Source of the DNA: a virus | Length of the DNA stretch: 55,580 nt | Reading direction: 5' to 3' (one strand) | IMG/VR virus record: IMGVR_UViG_3300016476_000413 | Span: 1-55,580 of that record | Part shown: positions 1 through 7,915 of the stretch, piece by piece | How the letters are laid out: each line of letters starts with the position of its first letter | Position numbering within the stretch: the first letter of the stretch is position 1 | The notes under the pieces: model-generated | What the model saw: the letters and a program-made list of their open reading frames with translations, nothing else | Databases searched by the model: none | What the model was told of the DNA's origin: nothing | Translations under genes and position numbers: made by a program

Positions 1-21
1 TCCTCATCCGTCAGCCCCACC
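1..21. repeat. Terminal overlap; bases 1-21 are identical to 55560-55580 (closure of a circular contig)
   Basis: Direct reading: TCCTCATCCGTCAGCCCCACC occurs at both ends. A minus-strand ORF reads in frame across the junction. Confidence 0.9.
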
Positions 22-173
22 CACGGCTTGCTTGCTGGTGCTTTGCAGTCAGGACATTCGATCTCTGGTGGTTTTCCAAAGCGTTCTTCCCACCATTCGC
101 GTTGGCCCCTGTCGCCGTCATAGATCAGCTTGACTTCGCATTTACAACAAAGAATGTAGTCACCGAGTGCCAT
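1..173 (-). CDS. N-terminal part of a junction-spanning ORF (97 aa in total, continues at 55439..55559); zinc-ribbon-like small protein
   Basis: ATG at 173..171. The frame runs off the left edge and, after removing the 21-nt overlap, continues in frame to TGA at 55441..55439. Product is MALGDYILCCKCEV...ECPDCKAP...WVGLTDEEFEEIE..., with two CxxC pairs. Confidence 0.5.
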   Translation of the reverse strand, partial: MALGDYILCCKCEVKLIYDGDRGQREWWEERFGKPPEIECPDCKAPASKPWVGLTDE

Positions 174-654
174 TGTTCTTCTCCAATCCAGCATGATGAT
201 TTGCTTTTGCCAACAAGTAGGCTTGGTGCGCTAGTTCTGGCGTGTCGTAATAACCAAGATGCACATTCTTTCCATTGGTTTTGATCTGAGCCTGCCAACG
301 CTTTGCCCATTTGCTCATGGACACCCCAACATATCCGCTTGAGTTACTTGCTTTCTTGCCGATGTTTTGCATATTCAGCGATCTGTCTGCAAGGCGCAGA
401 TTCTCAATTCTGTTGTCTGCGCGGTTGCGGTTGATGTGGTCAAGCTCACTGCTCGGCCATTCACCATGCACATAAAGCCAAGCCAAACGGTGTGCCCGGT
501 GTAGCTTGCCTCCAGCTTGAATTCGCACATAGCCGCGCTCCACGCTTCCAGCCACATCCCAAGGCTGCATCCCGCGCTTGGGTTCATGCCTCCACCGGAA
601 AACGCCGGTTGGCGGGTCATAGTGCAATAGAGTCTTAAGTTCTTGCTGGTTCAT
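160..654 (-). CDS. HNH homing endonuclease with C-terminal AP2-like DNA-binding domain
   Basis: 164 aa. N-terminal LLHYDPPTGVFRW, an HNH_3-type motif ELDHINRNRADNRIENL, then an AP2-like segment GYVGVS..W.AQI..NGK.VHLGYYDTPELAHQAY. Paralogue of 53631..54143. Confidence 0.85.
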   Translation of the reverse strand: MNQQELKTLLHYDPPTGVFRWRHEPKRGMQPWDVAGSVERGYVRIQAGGKLHRAHRLAWLYVHGEWPSSELDHINRNRADNRIENLRLADRSLNMQNIGKKASNSSGYVGVSMSKWAKRWQAQIKTNGKNVHLGYYDTPELAHQAYLLAKANHHAGLEKNNGTR

Positions 655-1124
655 TTGTTCGGCTCCTGCTGCTGTGCTGGCTGTGGGGATGTGTAGAGTG
701 GCGTTTCAAGTGGCAACTCCTCGTACAATCTAACAACAGAACCGCACCACGTTTCACCGACATATACAGCCACCGGCTCCGGCTCCTGCTGCTGTGCTGG
801 CTGGTTCCACCACAACACCATGCCGCCAGTTGTGATCGCGCCTCGACGGACGGTGCCATCTTCCTCGGTGCGCTGAAAGCAAACCCCATTGACCCACCAG
901 CCGGCGGACAGCAAATCGCGCAGCTTGCGCCCTGGCAACCCTGTGAATGTCTGTGTAATAGGTTCCCCGGCCTGCTGCTGTTCTGGCTGCTCGGCCAGTG
1001 CTTCGCGGATAGCGTCAACCGCATACTCATCAATATCACCCCAAAGATCCGGAAAACCTTTTCGCCAGCCATCCAACGCCTCCAGCGCCAGCTTCAGCGC
1101 CTCGATCTGTTTGCCTGTTGTCAT
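651..1124 (-). CDS. hypothetical protein with Q/E/P-rich internal repeats
   Basis: 157-aa ORF whose start and stop overlap its neighbours (translational coupling). PAQQQEPEP-type repeats, mirrored by a 23-nt DNA repeat at about 660 and about 778. Confidence 0.6.
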   Translation of the reverse strand: MTTGKQIEALKLALEALDGWRKGFPDLWGDIDEYAVDAIREALAEQPEQQQAGEPITQTFTGLPGRKLRDLLSAGWWVNGVCFQRTEEDGTVRRGAITTGGMVLWWNQPAQQQEPEPVAVYVGETWCGSVVRLYEELPLETPLYTSPQPAQQQEPNK

Positions 1125-1375
1125 AGTCTCTCCGTAAATCCGTTGATGTAGTCGTGCTTGAGCATTTCGATTGAGCCGATTACCTCGTACACGTTCGAGT
1201 GCTCCCCAAGGATGCAGGACATCCGAAGCCCGTCTGACAGAAACCCTGCCGCCCAGAGAGACTGCAGCCGACCAGACTCCGCATCAGCAAGGATGTCCTT
1301 GAGTGCAGCAATGAGTGCGCGGTTTGGTTCGCTGGTGGGGACTGCGCCTCCCCGAAGTGCTGTTACGTTCGTCAT
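1121..1375 (-). CDS. hypothetical protein (84 aa)
   Basis: Internal ATG at 1375 is preceded by AAGGAGAACCAC. The longer track ORF (to 1447) overlaps the upstream gene and has a non-protein-like N-terminus. Confidence 0.6.
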   Translation of the reverse strand: MTNVTALRGGAVPTSEPNRALIAALKDILADAESGRLQSLWAAGFLSDGLRMSCILGEHSNVYEVIGSIEMLKHDYINGFTERL

Positions 1376-1812
1376 GTGGTTCTCCTTGCTTGCTTTCTTT
1401 CTATGCGCCACCAGAAGTAGGGCATGACCCTGTCGTCTATGTCCCACGGATCGACGCCGGTAAGCTGCCTCTGGTGTTTCCGGAATCGCCGCAACCCCTT
1501 GAGCAGAATCTGTCGAACCCGCTCTGTTGTCCTGCCGCCGAGCTCATCGCCAGCCTCCTTGAGTGTTGCGCCTTCGAGCACACACATTCGCACCACCAGC
1601 TCCTCCTGCTCCGTGAGTGGCGTGATCTCGACCAGCCGGCGAGCAAGGTCGCGCCTGTCTTCCTCGTCTGGATCTGTTGCCAGCATCCAAGAAAAGCCGG
1701 CGGGCTCGCACTCTTCCGGCTCGCTGTTGCGGGTCAGCCATATTTGGTGGACCTCGTGCGGCAAAGACTTCACGTTCAGCTTGCCGTAGTAGGGCAGCGA
1801 GCGGCCCCTCAC
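1372..1812 (-). CDS. sigma-70 region-4-like HTH regulator
   Basis: 146 aa. The C-terminal LTEQEELVVRMCVLEGATLKEAGDELGGRTTERVRQILLKGLRRFRK looks like sigma70_r4. The GTG start overlaps the upstream stop (GTGA). Confidence 0.6.
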   Translation of the reverse strand: MRGRSLPYYGKLNVKSLPHEVHQIWLTRNSEPEECEPAGFSWMLATDPDEEDRRDLARRLVEITPLTEQEELVVRMCVLEGATLKEAGDELGGRTTERVRQILLKGLRRFRKHQRQLTGVDPWDIDDRVMPYFWWRIERKQARRTT

Positions 1813-1973
1813 GCTTCATCCTCCTCGTCGTCCTGCGCCTCTTGTATGAGCTGCATCTTCACCAGATCAAGACAGCCCAGCGCAGTCGGAAGCATCATGG
1901 TCTCGTCGTACTTGTGAACCACCGCAAGCAGTTCATTCACAAGACCCTGCGTAATGCGGCCTTGGTAGTTCAT
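1809..1973 (-). CDS. small hypothetical protein (54 aa, not in the ORF track)
   Basis: Hand translation gives MNYQGRITQGLVNELLAVVHKYDETMMLPTALGCLDLVKMQLIQEAQDDEEDEA. An RBS GGAAGGGGAAG lies upstream. The ORF fills the gap between two coupled genes. Confidence 0.5.
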   Translation of the reverse strand: MNYQGRITQGLVNELLAVVHKYDETMMLPTALGCLDLVKMQLIQEAQDDEEDEA

Positions 1974-2227
1974 GACTTCCCCTTCCGGCTCGCGGCCTCG
2001 AAACTCTTGAGGAGCTGCTCGGCCAGCTTGACCAAGTCCTGCCCGCCACCAAACTCCAACAGATTAAGATCTGTCTCGAACGCATGGACCTCTCCGTGTA
2101 TCGAGACCAGACCATGCAGTCGCACAAGGTGCGGCGCGGCCACCAGCTTGCTCTGCTCTTCCACCACCACAGATTGCAGCGGTTCAAACTGTCGCAGGAA
2201 TTTCTCCACTTCATTTGCTGTCAGCAT
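1970..2227 (-). CDS. hypothetical protein (85 aa)
   Basis: ATG at 2227 is preceded by GAAGGAGAAAGCA. Product begins MLTANEVEKFLRQFEPLQ.... Confidence 0.6.
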   Translation of the reverse strand: MLTANEVEKFLRQFEPLQSVVVEEQSKLVAAPHLVRLHGLVSIHGEVHAFETDLNLLEFGGGQDLVKLAEQLLKSFEAASRKGKS

Positions 2228-2648
2228 TGCTTTCTCCTTCGGTTGATACTGGGATGTCACGCATTCCTCGCCACCGCTGGGGCGGCAGCACAGGGAAGGC
2301 GTCGTCTGTCTTGCGGAACCACTGGCCGGTGTGAGTCTGGAAGAACAGCATCCCTCGATCTGTCTCATACCAGCCGTCGCGCACCGGCCTGCACTCCGTG
2401 AACCAAGGCGTCAGGTACTTGTGCTCCCACAATTCTCGGGCGGTTTCGAATTCCTCCTTGGTGTCAGTCATCATGAAGGCGACCTCGCCCTTGCCCCACT
2501 CGCCAGTCCTCTTGTTGCGTGGGGTGTAGACCTGCTTGCAGATCTTGTGCTGGACGTTTTGGTACTGGCGCAGGCCGTGGGTGTCTGCGCTGTATCCGAA
2601 CGTGTACTGCATGGGCAGCATCTGAAATTCTTCGAACGTCAGTCCCAT
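2211..2648 (-). CDS. hypothetical protein (145 aa)
   Basis: ATG at 2648 follows GAAGGG. Product begins MGLTFEEFQMLPMQYTFGYSADTHGL... and has protein-like composition. Confidence 0.6.
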   Translation of the reverse strand: MGLTFEEFQMLPMQYTFGYSADTHGLRQYQNVQHKICKQVYTPRNKRTGEWGKGEVAFMMTDTKEEFETARELWEHKYLTPWFTECRPVRDGWYETDRGMLFFQTHTGQWFRKTDDAFPVLPPQRWRGMRDIPVSTEGESNADSK

Positions 2649-2658
2649 GTCGGACCCT

Positions 2659-2817
2659 TCACTTGAACCACAGCCACATCCCATGCAGGATGCCGACAGG
2701 GAAGAAGATGGCACCAGCCAGCAGGAACCCCCACAGACCCTCGCTGAAGCAGGTGAAGATGTGGTTGAACCATGCGATGACGCAGAGGATGAAGATAGTT
2801 GGTGCGAACAGATTCAT
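2659..2817 (-). CDS. small membrane protein (52 aa, two hydrophobic helices)
   Basis: MNLFAPTIFILCVIAWFNHIFTCFSEGLWGFLLAGAIFFPVGILHGMWLWFK. RBS AAAAGGAAATCGAA. The start overlaps the upstream stop (ATGA). Confidence 0.6.
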   Translation of the reverse strand: MNLFAPTIFILCVIAWFNHIFTCFSEGLWGFLLAGAIFFPVGILHGMWLWFK

Positions 2818-3020
2818 TTCGATTTCCTTTTCGTGAGTTGCGATGTGAGTTCTTTGCGAGGCACGACCCAAAGCTCGCGCCCATCCCCGCAGTCCATGAG
2901 GAACGCACCACGGATGCGGCCAGCCTTGAGGAGCTGGTGCATCCGCTGACGTGTGACCCCCAACATACCAGCGGCGACTGTTGCTGTGACGTGTCCCCGC
3001 TCAATGCGGATGTCGATCAT
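2814..3020 (-). CDS. HTH DNA-binding protein (excisionase/MerR-like fold)
   Basis: 68 aa. HTH segment VTATVAAGMLGVTRQRMHQLLKAGRI. Strong RBS AAGGAGGACTG. Confidence 0.65.
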   Translation of the reverse strand: MIDIRIERGHVTATVAAGMLGVTRQRMHQLLKAGRIRGAFLMDCGDGRELWVVPRKELTSQLTKRKSK

Positions 3021-3721
3021 CAGTCCTCCTTGAGGATGTCTTTGAACAGAGACTTGGCCGCTTTCTGTTCGGCCTCTTCGAGACGCTCGGCCCAGTTCAT
3101 GAGTTGCCTCGCGTCCTCCATCTCATCCTTGATACCGGCGTGCCTTGCCGCCTTGGCGATGATCTTCGCGTTGATGGTGGAGTTGGCGTGACCCATAGCG
3201 TCAGCCGCCTCACGAGGCAGGATGCCGGACTTCACCGCAATCTCGGCCAGCACCAGAATGAGGTCGGTCTGTTTGCGGCAGAGCAGCGCCACCTCCACAG
3301 CGTCGGCGTAGGTCTGGCCGTGCGCCGCCTTGATCGTGTTCATGATCTCGATGGCGGACCCGAAGGCTTCCTCGATCTTGTCCTTCGGCTTGCCTGCCTC
3401 GGCTTGCTCACGGTGCAGGTCGAGCGTGATCTGCACTCGGTCGACCGCAGTCCTGTTGGTGCCGCCGATGTGCCACTCGGTGATCTGTTCGGTCGGCGTG
3501 CCCTCTTCGCCGCAGTAGTTCTTGCCGTCCTTCCAGTTGTAGATCGTGGCGAGGGTGCCGTCCTCAAACTTGATGCGCCACTCGGCGTCCACCTTGTAGC
3601 CGTCGCCCTCCTGCGGCTTGCCGAACAGACTGGTCAGCTCCTTGTACGTGGCCTTGGTCTCGCCTTGCAGCCATGTGCATTGAAATTCCAAGTCGGCGTC
3701 GTTGTGGGTGATGAAGTTCAT
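3020..3721 (-). CDS. hypothetical protein (233 aa)
   Basis: ATG at 3721 with RBS CAAGGACTCACC lies just downstream of an intrinsic terminator, so the longer track ORF (to 3823) is rejected. Product begins MNFITHNDADLEFQCTWLQGE.... Confidence 0.65.
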   Translation of the reverse strand: MNFITHNDADLEFQCTWLQGETKATYKELTSLFGKPQEGDGYKVDAEWRIKFEDGTLATIYNWKDGKNYCGEEGTPTEQITEWHIGGTNRTAVDRVQITLDLHREQAEAGKPKDKIEEAFGSAIEIMNTIKAAHGQTYADAVEVALLCRKQTDLILVLAEIAVKSGILPREAADAMGHANSTINAKIIAKAARHAGIKDEMEDARQLMNWAERLEEAEQKAAKSLFKDILKED

Positions 3722-3740
3722 GGTGAGTCCTTGAGTTGCG

Positions 3741-3768
3741 GAAAAAGAAAGGGCCGCATCAGCGGCCC
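3741..3768 (-). terminator. rho-independent terminator (minus strand)
   Basis: The minus strand reads GGGCCGC-TGAT-GCGGCCC followed by TTTCTTTTTC. It lies between the stop at 3793 and the start at 3721. Confidence 0.7.
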
Positions 3769-3792
3769 GGGTGGTGGTCTGTTGGGTTGGTG

Positions 3793-4161
3793 TCATGCTG
3801 CCTCCGTGTCCAGCGGCAACCATGCAAGCTCGCCGTTGATGCTGGCTGGCATGACGAAGCGAACCTTGCGGGTGACCTCGTCCAGCGTGGTGTGAGGCGA
3901 AACAGATTCGCCCTCATCGTTGCAGCCCAGCACCAGACCCTTGCCAGCGAGCGGCTGGGGGTAGTCGGCATGGAGGAAGAACGCCTGTTCCTTGTCGCAG
4001 ATCAGGCCTTCGTCATCAACGAAGATGCCATCGCCCTGCCTGTTGATCCGGGCACAGTCGAAGGTCTCGCAGTCGATCAGATCGTAGATCTGTTGGTAGT
4101 TGCCCGAGTACTCGACGTCGGTGATGGTGCGGGTGAAGGGGTCGATCAGGATGGCTTTCAT
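3793..4161 (-). CDS. conserved phage protein (DUF3846-like, tentative)
   Basis: ATG at 4161 follows GGAGAATGAA. The MKAILIDPFTRTITDVEYSGNYQQIYDLI... N-terminus resembles DUF3846 family members as I recall them. Confidence 0.55.
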   Translation of the reverse strand: MKAILIDPFTRTITDVEYSGNYQQIYDLIDCETFDCARINRQGDGIFVDDEGLICDKEQAFFLHADYPQPLAGKGLVLGCNDEGESVSPHTTLDEVTRKVRFVMPASINGELAWLPLDTEAA

Positions 4162-4162
4162 T

Positions 4163-4420
4163 TCATTCTCCGGTGAACAGTGCGAACAGTTGAGGTGCAT
4201 ACATCATGGCGAACAGGACGCCACAGAAAGCCATGAACATGGCGGTGTCCTTGAGGATCAGTCGCCACTCTTGGGTGCGCCAGTCGGGGATGCGCTGGCC
4301 GGACCGAAGCAGCGCAGACTGCAGGCGCTCGGCTTCGGGTGTCATGTGATTCTGTTGCGGCGGGTCGTAGAACAGGCCGATCTTGACCTTGCCGGTGTCG
4401 TATGGTGTTGGCCTGTTCAT
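4163..4420 (-). CDS. hypothetical membrane-anchored protein (85 aa)
   Basis: C-terminal hydrophobic helix AMFMAFCGVLFAMMYAPQLFALF. Tightly packed with its neighbours. Confidence 0.6.
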   Translation of the reverse strand: MNRPTPYDTGKVKIGLFYDPPQQNHMTPEAERLQSALLRSGQRIPDWRTQEWRLILKDTAMFMAFCGVLFAMMYAPQLFALFTGE

Positions 4421-4650
4421 TTGGTCTCCTGCTTAGGTTTGCGTGGGATGTTGACTGCCTCGCGCACCCTGTCGATGGCCCGGGCAATGCCAGCGTCGTA
4501 GCCTCCGTGCTGATCCAACAGATCGAGGACAGCGCCGAAGGCGGCGGTCATGAGTGGCGAGGGCTTGTCTTGCTTGCCCTTGACCATCGTCTCGATCACC
4601 TTGGTCAGTCCGTCGATGGTGTCGAGTCGCAGGTCTTTCATATCGGTCAT
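4417..4650 (-). CDS. hypothetical protein (77 aa)
   Basis: ATG at 4650 is preceded by CAAAGGAGCAAGC. Product begins MTDMKDLRLDTIDGLTKVIE.... Confidence 0.6.
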   Translation of the reverse strand: MTDMKDLRLDTIDGLTKVIETMVKGKQDKPSPLMTAAFGAVLDLLDQHGGYDAGIARAIDRVREAVNIPRKPKQETK

Positions 4651-4814
4651 GCTTGCTCCTTTGCGGGTGTGGTGTTCGTCTGTTTGCTTGCCATCTCGGA
4701 GGCAATCGCTTCGGCAATCTCGCCCTTGAGTCGCTTCCATTCTTCGACGGTCATGGTCTTGCCGGTGACAAGGTCGCGGATCAGCATGGTGCTGCGGCGT
4801 TGGGTCTGTTGCAT
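4647..4814 (-). CDS. hypothetical protein (55 aa)
   Basis: ATG at 4814 is preceded by the conserved leader CGCAACTCACGGAAAGGAAC. Product begins MQQTQRRSTMLIRDLVTGKTMTVEEWKRLK.... Confidence 0.55.
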   Translation of the reverse strand: MQQTQRRSTMLIRDLVTGKTMTVEEWKRLKGEIAEAIASEMASKQTNTTPAKEQA

Positions 4815-4840
4815 GGTCTGTTCCTTTCCGTGAGTTGCGT

Positions 4841-4966
4841 TCAAAGCTCGGGCCAACCCGACACGATGCGGGTCACCAGTTCGTGGAATGTGATGCGGGT
4901 GAGATTGCCGAAGCCATCGTCCACCCACAGCGAGGGGCGTGTCCCTCGTGTGGTGTGCATGGTCAT
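4841..4966 (-). CDS. small hypothetical protein (41 aa, not in the ORF track)
   Basis: Hand translation gives MTMHTTRGTRPSLWVDDGFGNLTRITFHELVTRIVSGWPEL. The ATG lies 1 nt after the upstream stop and the ORF fills an otherwise empty gap. Confidence 0.4.
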   Translation of the reverse strand: MTMHTTRGTRPSLWVDDGFGNLTRITFHELVTRIVSGWPEL

Positions 4967-4967
4967 G

Positions 4968-5369
4968 TCACCACCATGAGTCGTAGAAGACAGCCTTGCC
5001 TTCGGCAATCGCGGCCCTTGCGTCTTTGATGAACTTGGTCAACGACTCCAAGTCGTACTCGTGCAGCTTGTCGTCGCCAAAGAAGAACCCTTTCGTCGGG
5101 GACAGTCGCTTTTCCTGCATGTCTGACTCAAGGTTGTAAAGGTCGTCTGTTGTGAGTCGCACCGTGGCGCAGTTGAATGCCTCGTCGGTCCCACCCTTCT
5201 CGCGGTAGAGCGCCTCCATCCAGCCATGCAGGTGATTGAAATTGCGCCAGTAGGCAATCTCGGTCTGTTCGCAAGTGGCATTGCCGTCTTTGTCGTGGCG
5301 GACGAAGTCCACCTGTGTGTCGCCTGCAGCCTCGGCAGACACGGTGAACGCATACATATCGAGTCCCAT
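4968..5369 (-). CDS. conserved hypothetical phage protein (133 aa)
   Basis: MGLDMYAFTVSAEAAGDTQVDFVRHDKDGN...YWRNFNHLHGWMEALY.... RBS GAAAGGAACAGAC. Confidence 0.65.
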   Translation of the reverse strand: MGLDMYAFTVSAEAAGDTQVDFVRHDKDGNATCEQTEIAYWRNFNHLHGWMEALYREKGGTDEAFNCATVRLTTDDLYNLESDMQEKRLSPTKGFFFGDDKLHEYDLESLTKFIKDARAAIAEGKAVFYDSWW

Positions 5370-5380
5370 GTCTGTTCCTT

Positions 5381-5569
5381 TCAGTGCTCGGTGATGTCGC
5401 AGACACCGACACGGGTGCCGGTCGGTGCGTTCATGATTCGGACGTCGCCAGCCTTGACTTCGTCACTGTCGAGAATCTGTTGGGCCAGTTCGTGCAGCAG
5501 TCGAGCGGCTTCGACCTGTCGAAATTCGGGGGAAATGTGGTCGAGACCACAGATAACGGTGAGTCGCAT
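5381..5569 (-). CDS. hypothetical protein (62 aa)
   Basis: ATG at 5569 is preceded by GAAAGGAACAATC. Product begins MRLTVICGLDHISPEFRQVEAARLLHELAQQIL.... Confidence 0.55.
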   Translation of the reverse strand: MRLTVICGLDHISPEFRQVEAARLLHELAQQILDSDEVKAGDVRIMNAPTGTRVGVCDITEH

Positions 5570-5666
5570 GATTGTTCCTTTCATGTAGCGACAAGGCGGT
5601 ATTGCCTCTGGCAATGCACTCTGTTGAATGCACTCCCAGAGGGGCAGGGTTTCCCCTGCCACCCGT

Positions 5667-6551
5667 TCACGCTGCCTCCAGTTCCGGGGTCTCGATCTTC
5701 GCCATGACTTCGTCAATCCAAGCCTCGGCGGACTCTTTGCTGTTGACCTTGCCCTGAATGAAGGCGTTGGACAGACCCAGCATTGCGGCGTATTGGCCGA
5801 TCATTGCGGCCTTTGGCCGACCCAGCGAAGAGCAGTACCGCTTGCCTGCCAGATCGCAGGCCGTGATGATCCCGGCGAAGCCGCGAGTCCTGAACCACCC
5901 CGGCATGGCAGTCAGCGCTGCCAGTTGCGACAGATCGAGCGGCGAATCTGTTGCCTTGATTTCGACAAACTGGCAGTTGCTGACCGTGTTGTCTTCGCTG
6001 CACTGTTCGGTGTTGACCGAGCCATAGATGCCCACTCCGTAACCTGCAGCGGTGAGTGCATCGGCCAGCTTGAGTGCAGCGGCACCACGCCAGTACAGTT
6101 CCGATGCCGTGACCCCGGCGCTATCACTCAGATTGCAAATCAGAGTGACGGTCCGGAAACCACCGGCCCGGGACTGACGTCGAGTCCGAGTCCAAGCCCG
6201 GGACAGATCGCCACGGTAGACCGCTTGCATGTCCAGTTCGTCGCCCTGATCGGATCGGACACGGCGGCGGCGAATGCTGACCGGGTTGATTTCGCGAGTT
6301 GCAAGCTGTTCCAGCTTGCGGACACCCTCGGGCCAGCCCTTGGTCAACCGTTGGTTGAGTTCGTCAACAGACGCCCCGAGCCAATCATCATTCCGCTGAT
6401 CGCGGAACCGGTCGCCTGTTGCGGACTTCTCGGCCCACTCTTTGTTGGCCGGCAGCTTAAGAGTCGCGGCGATGCGCTCCGGCTCGGTGACGCTATCCCA
6501 GAGGATAGCGACACGGTGCTTGCCGCCCTCGGATTCGATGACGTGGTGCAT
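5667..6551 (-). CDS. partner of the AAA+ ATPase; possible degenerate vWA (CobT-like) domain protein
   Basis: ATG at 6551 with RBS GGAGGTCTGAC, 1 nt after the ATPase stop. 294 aa. The segment VTLICNLSDSAGV resembles a MIDAS DxSxS strand with Asn replacing Asp. The upstream 250 aa of track ORF 5667..7304 overlap the ATPase gene in another frame and are rejected. Confidence 0.45.
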   Translation of the reverse strand: MHHVIESEGGKHRVAILWDSVTEPERIAATLKLPANKEWAEKSATGDRFRDQRNDDWLGASVDELNQRLTKGWPEGVRKLEQLATREINPVSIRRRRVRSDQGDELDMQAVYRGDLSRAWTRTRRQSRAGGFRTVTLICNLSDSAGVTASELYWRGAAALKLADALTAAGYGVGIYGSVNTEQCSEDNTVSNCQFVEIKATDSPLDLSQLAALTAMPGWFRTRGFAGIITACDLAGKRYCSSLGRPKAAMIGQYAAMLGLSNAFIQGKVNSKESAEAWIDEVMAKIETPELEAA

Positions 6552-6552
6552 G

Positions 6553-7671
6553 TCAGACCTCCACCTTGGTTTTCTCGTCGGCTTTCCAGCCGGTGAAGTA
6601 GGTCGCCTTGATCTGTTCAAGGGACCGGCCAGCCTTGACCAACTTCGTTGCGTCAAGAAGGAACCGTGTCGACAGGACACGGGACAGACGGGCTTCGCTG
6701 ATCCGTTTACGGATCGACCAGCCCCATGCCAAGACCTCGGGGTCAACGGCAGACCGTTCGAATTTCGTGTCGTAGTCCAGAAGGACTGTCCCGGCACGGA
6801 ACCGGTCCAGCGTCGACTCATCGAGTCGTTCACGACCGGCGTACACCATGTTGGAACCGGTGCCGAAAGTGTTGGCAGCGGCGATACAGACGAAGTCTGG
6901 GTGACGTTCGACCTTGGTCTTGTTCTTCCTCTGAGGGAGGAAGAACGAGCCGTTGGCCAGCGCTTGGTTGATGAACAACAGAGTGTTCGGGTCAGCGGCG
7001 TCGACTTCGTCGAACAGGAAGACCCCGCCCTGTTCGTACATGGTGACGAAGTCACTGGGGACGTATTCGAAAGCCCCACCGTCACCGGGCAGCATCCAGC
7101 CCTGAAGGGCTGACTCCGACATTCCTGCAGTGCAGGAGATTGCGGCGAAGGGACGACCGAGCGCCTCGGCCACTTGGTGAGCCAAGTGGGTTTTGCCGCA
7201 ACCGGCAGGACCGACCAACAGAATGTTGAGGCCGCACTGGGCTGACACCAGAATGTCCTGAAACTCAGGACGAACGTGACCAGATGGTTTCCATTCGGAA
7301 CCATCAGGGCGGGTCACTTCGATCTTGACGACCGGGGACCGCTCCAGAGCCTTGTTGACTTCGTCAACGACGATCTGTCGGACCGAGTTGGCATCAACCT
7401 TGATGCCAAGCATGTCCCGCAGGGCACCGAGAACAGCGGCAGGGTCACCAGAGGTGACGGCAGGGGCAGGAGTCGCCGGGGTTGCAGGAACCGGGGCCGG
7501 AACAGCCTGAAGGGCTGAGTGGATCTGTTCGCTGTCGTACTGCTGAAGCAGTCGGTCGACGCATTCGGTTTTCTTGGCCCGTTCGTGGTCGAAGCCAACG
7601 GCTCCGCCGTTGAGGTGCTTGAACAGATCGAGAATCGTTGCCTTCGGCAAGGCGAGAAGTTGGTCACGCAT
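6553..7671 (-). CDS. AAA+ ATPase, AAA_5 / CobS-MoxR-like
   Basis: 372 aa from the ATG at 7671 (RBS GAAAGGAACCGAATC). Walker A LLVGPAGCGKTH, Walker B VFLFDEVD, and a downstream RERLDESTLDRF arginine-finger-type region. Confidence 0.85.
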   Translation of the reverse strand: MRDQLLALPKATILDLFKHLNGGAVGFDHERAKKTECVDRLLQQYDSEQIHSALQAVPAPVPATPATPAPAVTSGDPAAVLGALRDMLGIKVDANSVRQIVVDEVNKALERSPVVKIEVTRPDGSEWKPSGHVRPEFQDILVSAQCGLNILLVGPAGCGKTHLAHQVAEALGRPFAAISCTAGMSESALQGWMLPGDGGAFEYVPSDFVTMYEQGGVFLFDEVDAADPNTLLFINQALANGSFFLPQRKNKTKVERHPDFVCIAAANTFGTGSNMVYAGRERLDESTLDRFRAGTVLLDYDTKFERSAVDPEVLAWGWSIRKRISEARLSRVLSTRFLLDATKLVKAGRSLEQIKATYFTGWKADEKTKVEV

Positions 7672-7728
7672 GATTCGGTTCCTTTCGAAGAAAGCGTGGT
7701 TGGGGAAAGAGGACAACAACGTCCAGCA

Positions 7729-7747
7729 AAGCCCTCTTCGAGGGCTT
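7729..7747 (-). terminator. stem-loop (possible attenuator or terminator) between the first small gene and the ATPase gene
   Basis: AAGCCCTC-GAA-GAGGGCTT on the minus strand, followed by a partly U-rich tract. The same CCCTCTTCGAGGG core recurs at 8292-8304. Confidence 0.3.
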
Positions 7748-7759
7748 CACTTGAAGTTG

Positions 7760-7915
7760 TCAGGCGGTGACGTTGCGGTTGACGCCGATGTATCGACCCT
7801 GCCAAGACCAAAGGTCTTGAACACTGTTGAAGATCGGTCCGACGAGGATTTCGTCATTTCCAGAGGAAATGCAGGTCTGCCAGCCACCGACGACTGATTT
7901 GCAAGTGATTTGCAT
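7760..7915 (-). CDS. small hypothetical protein (51 aa), first gene of the leftward operon
   Basis: ATG at 7915 is preceded by CGCAACTCACGGAAAGGAACCCGTC. Product is MQITCKSVVGGWQTCISSGNDEILVGPIFNSVQDLWSWQGRYIGVNRNVTA. Confidence 0.55.
   Translation of the reverse strand: MQITCKSVVGGWQTCISSGNDEILVGPIFNSVQDLWSWQGRYIGVNRNVTA

Noticed and set aside
6552-7304. N-terminal 250 aa of track ORF 5667..7304 (545 aa).
   Set aside because: It overlaps the AAA+ ATPase gene in another frame and is Pro/Ser/Arg/Thr-rich. A strong GGAGG-ATG at 6551, directly after the ATPase stop, defines the real 294-aa product.
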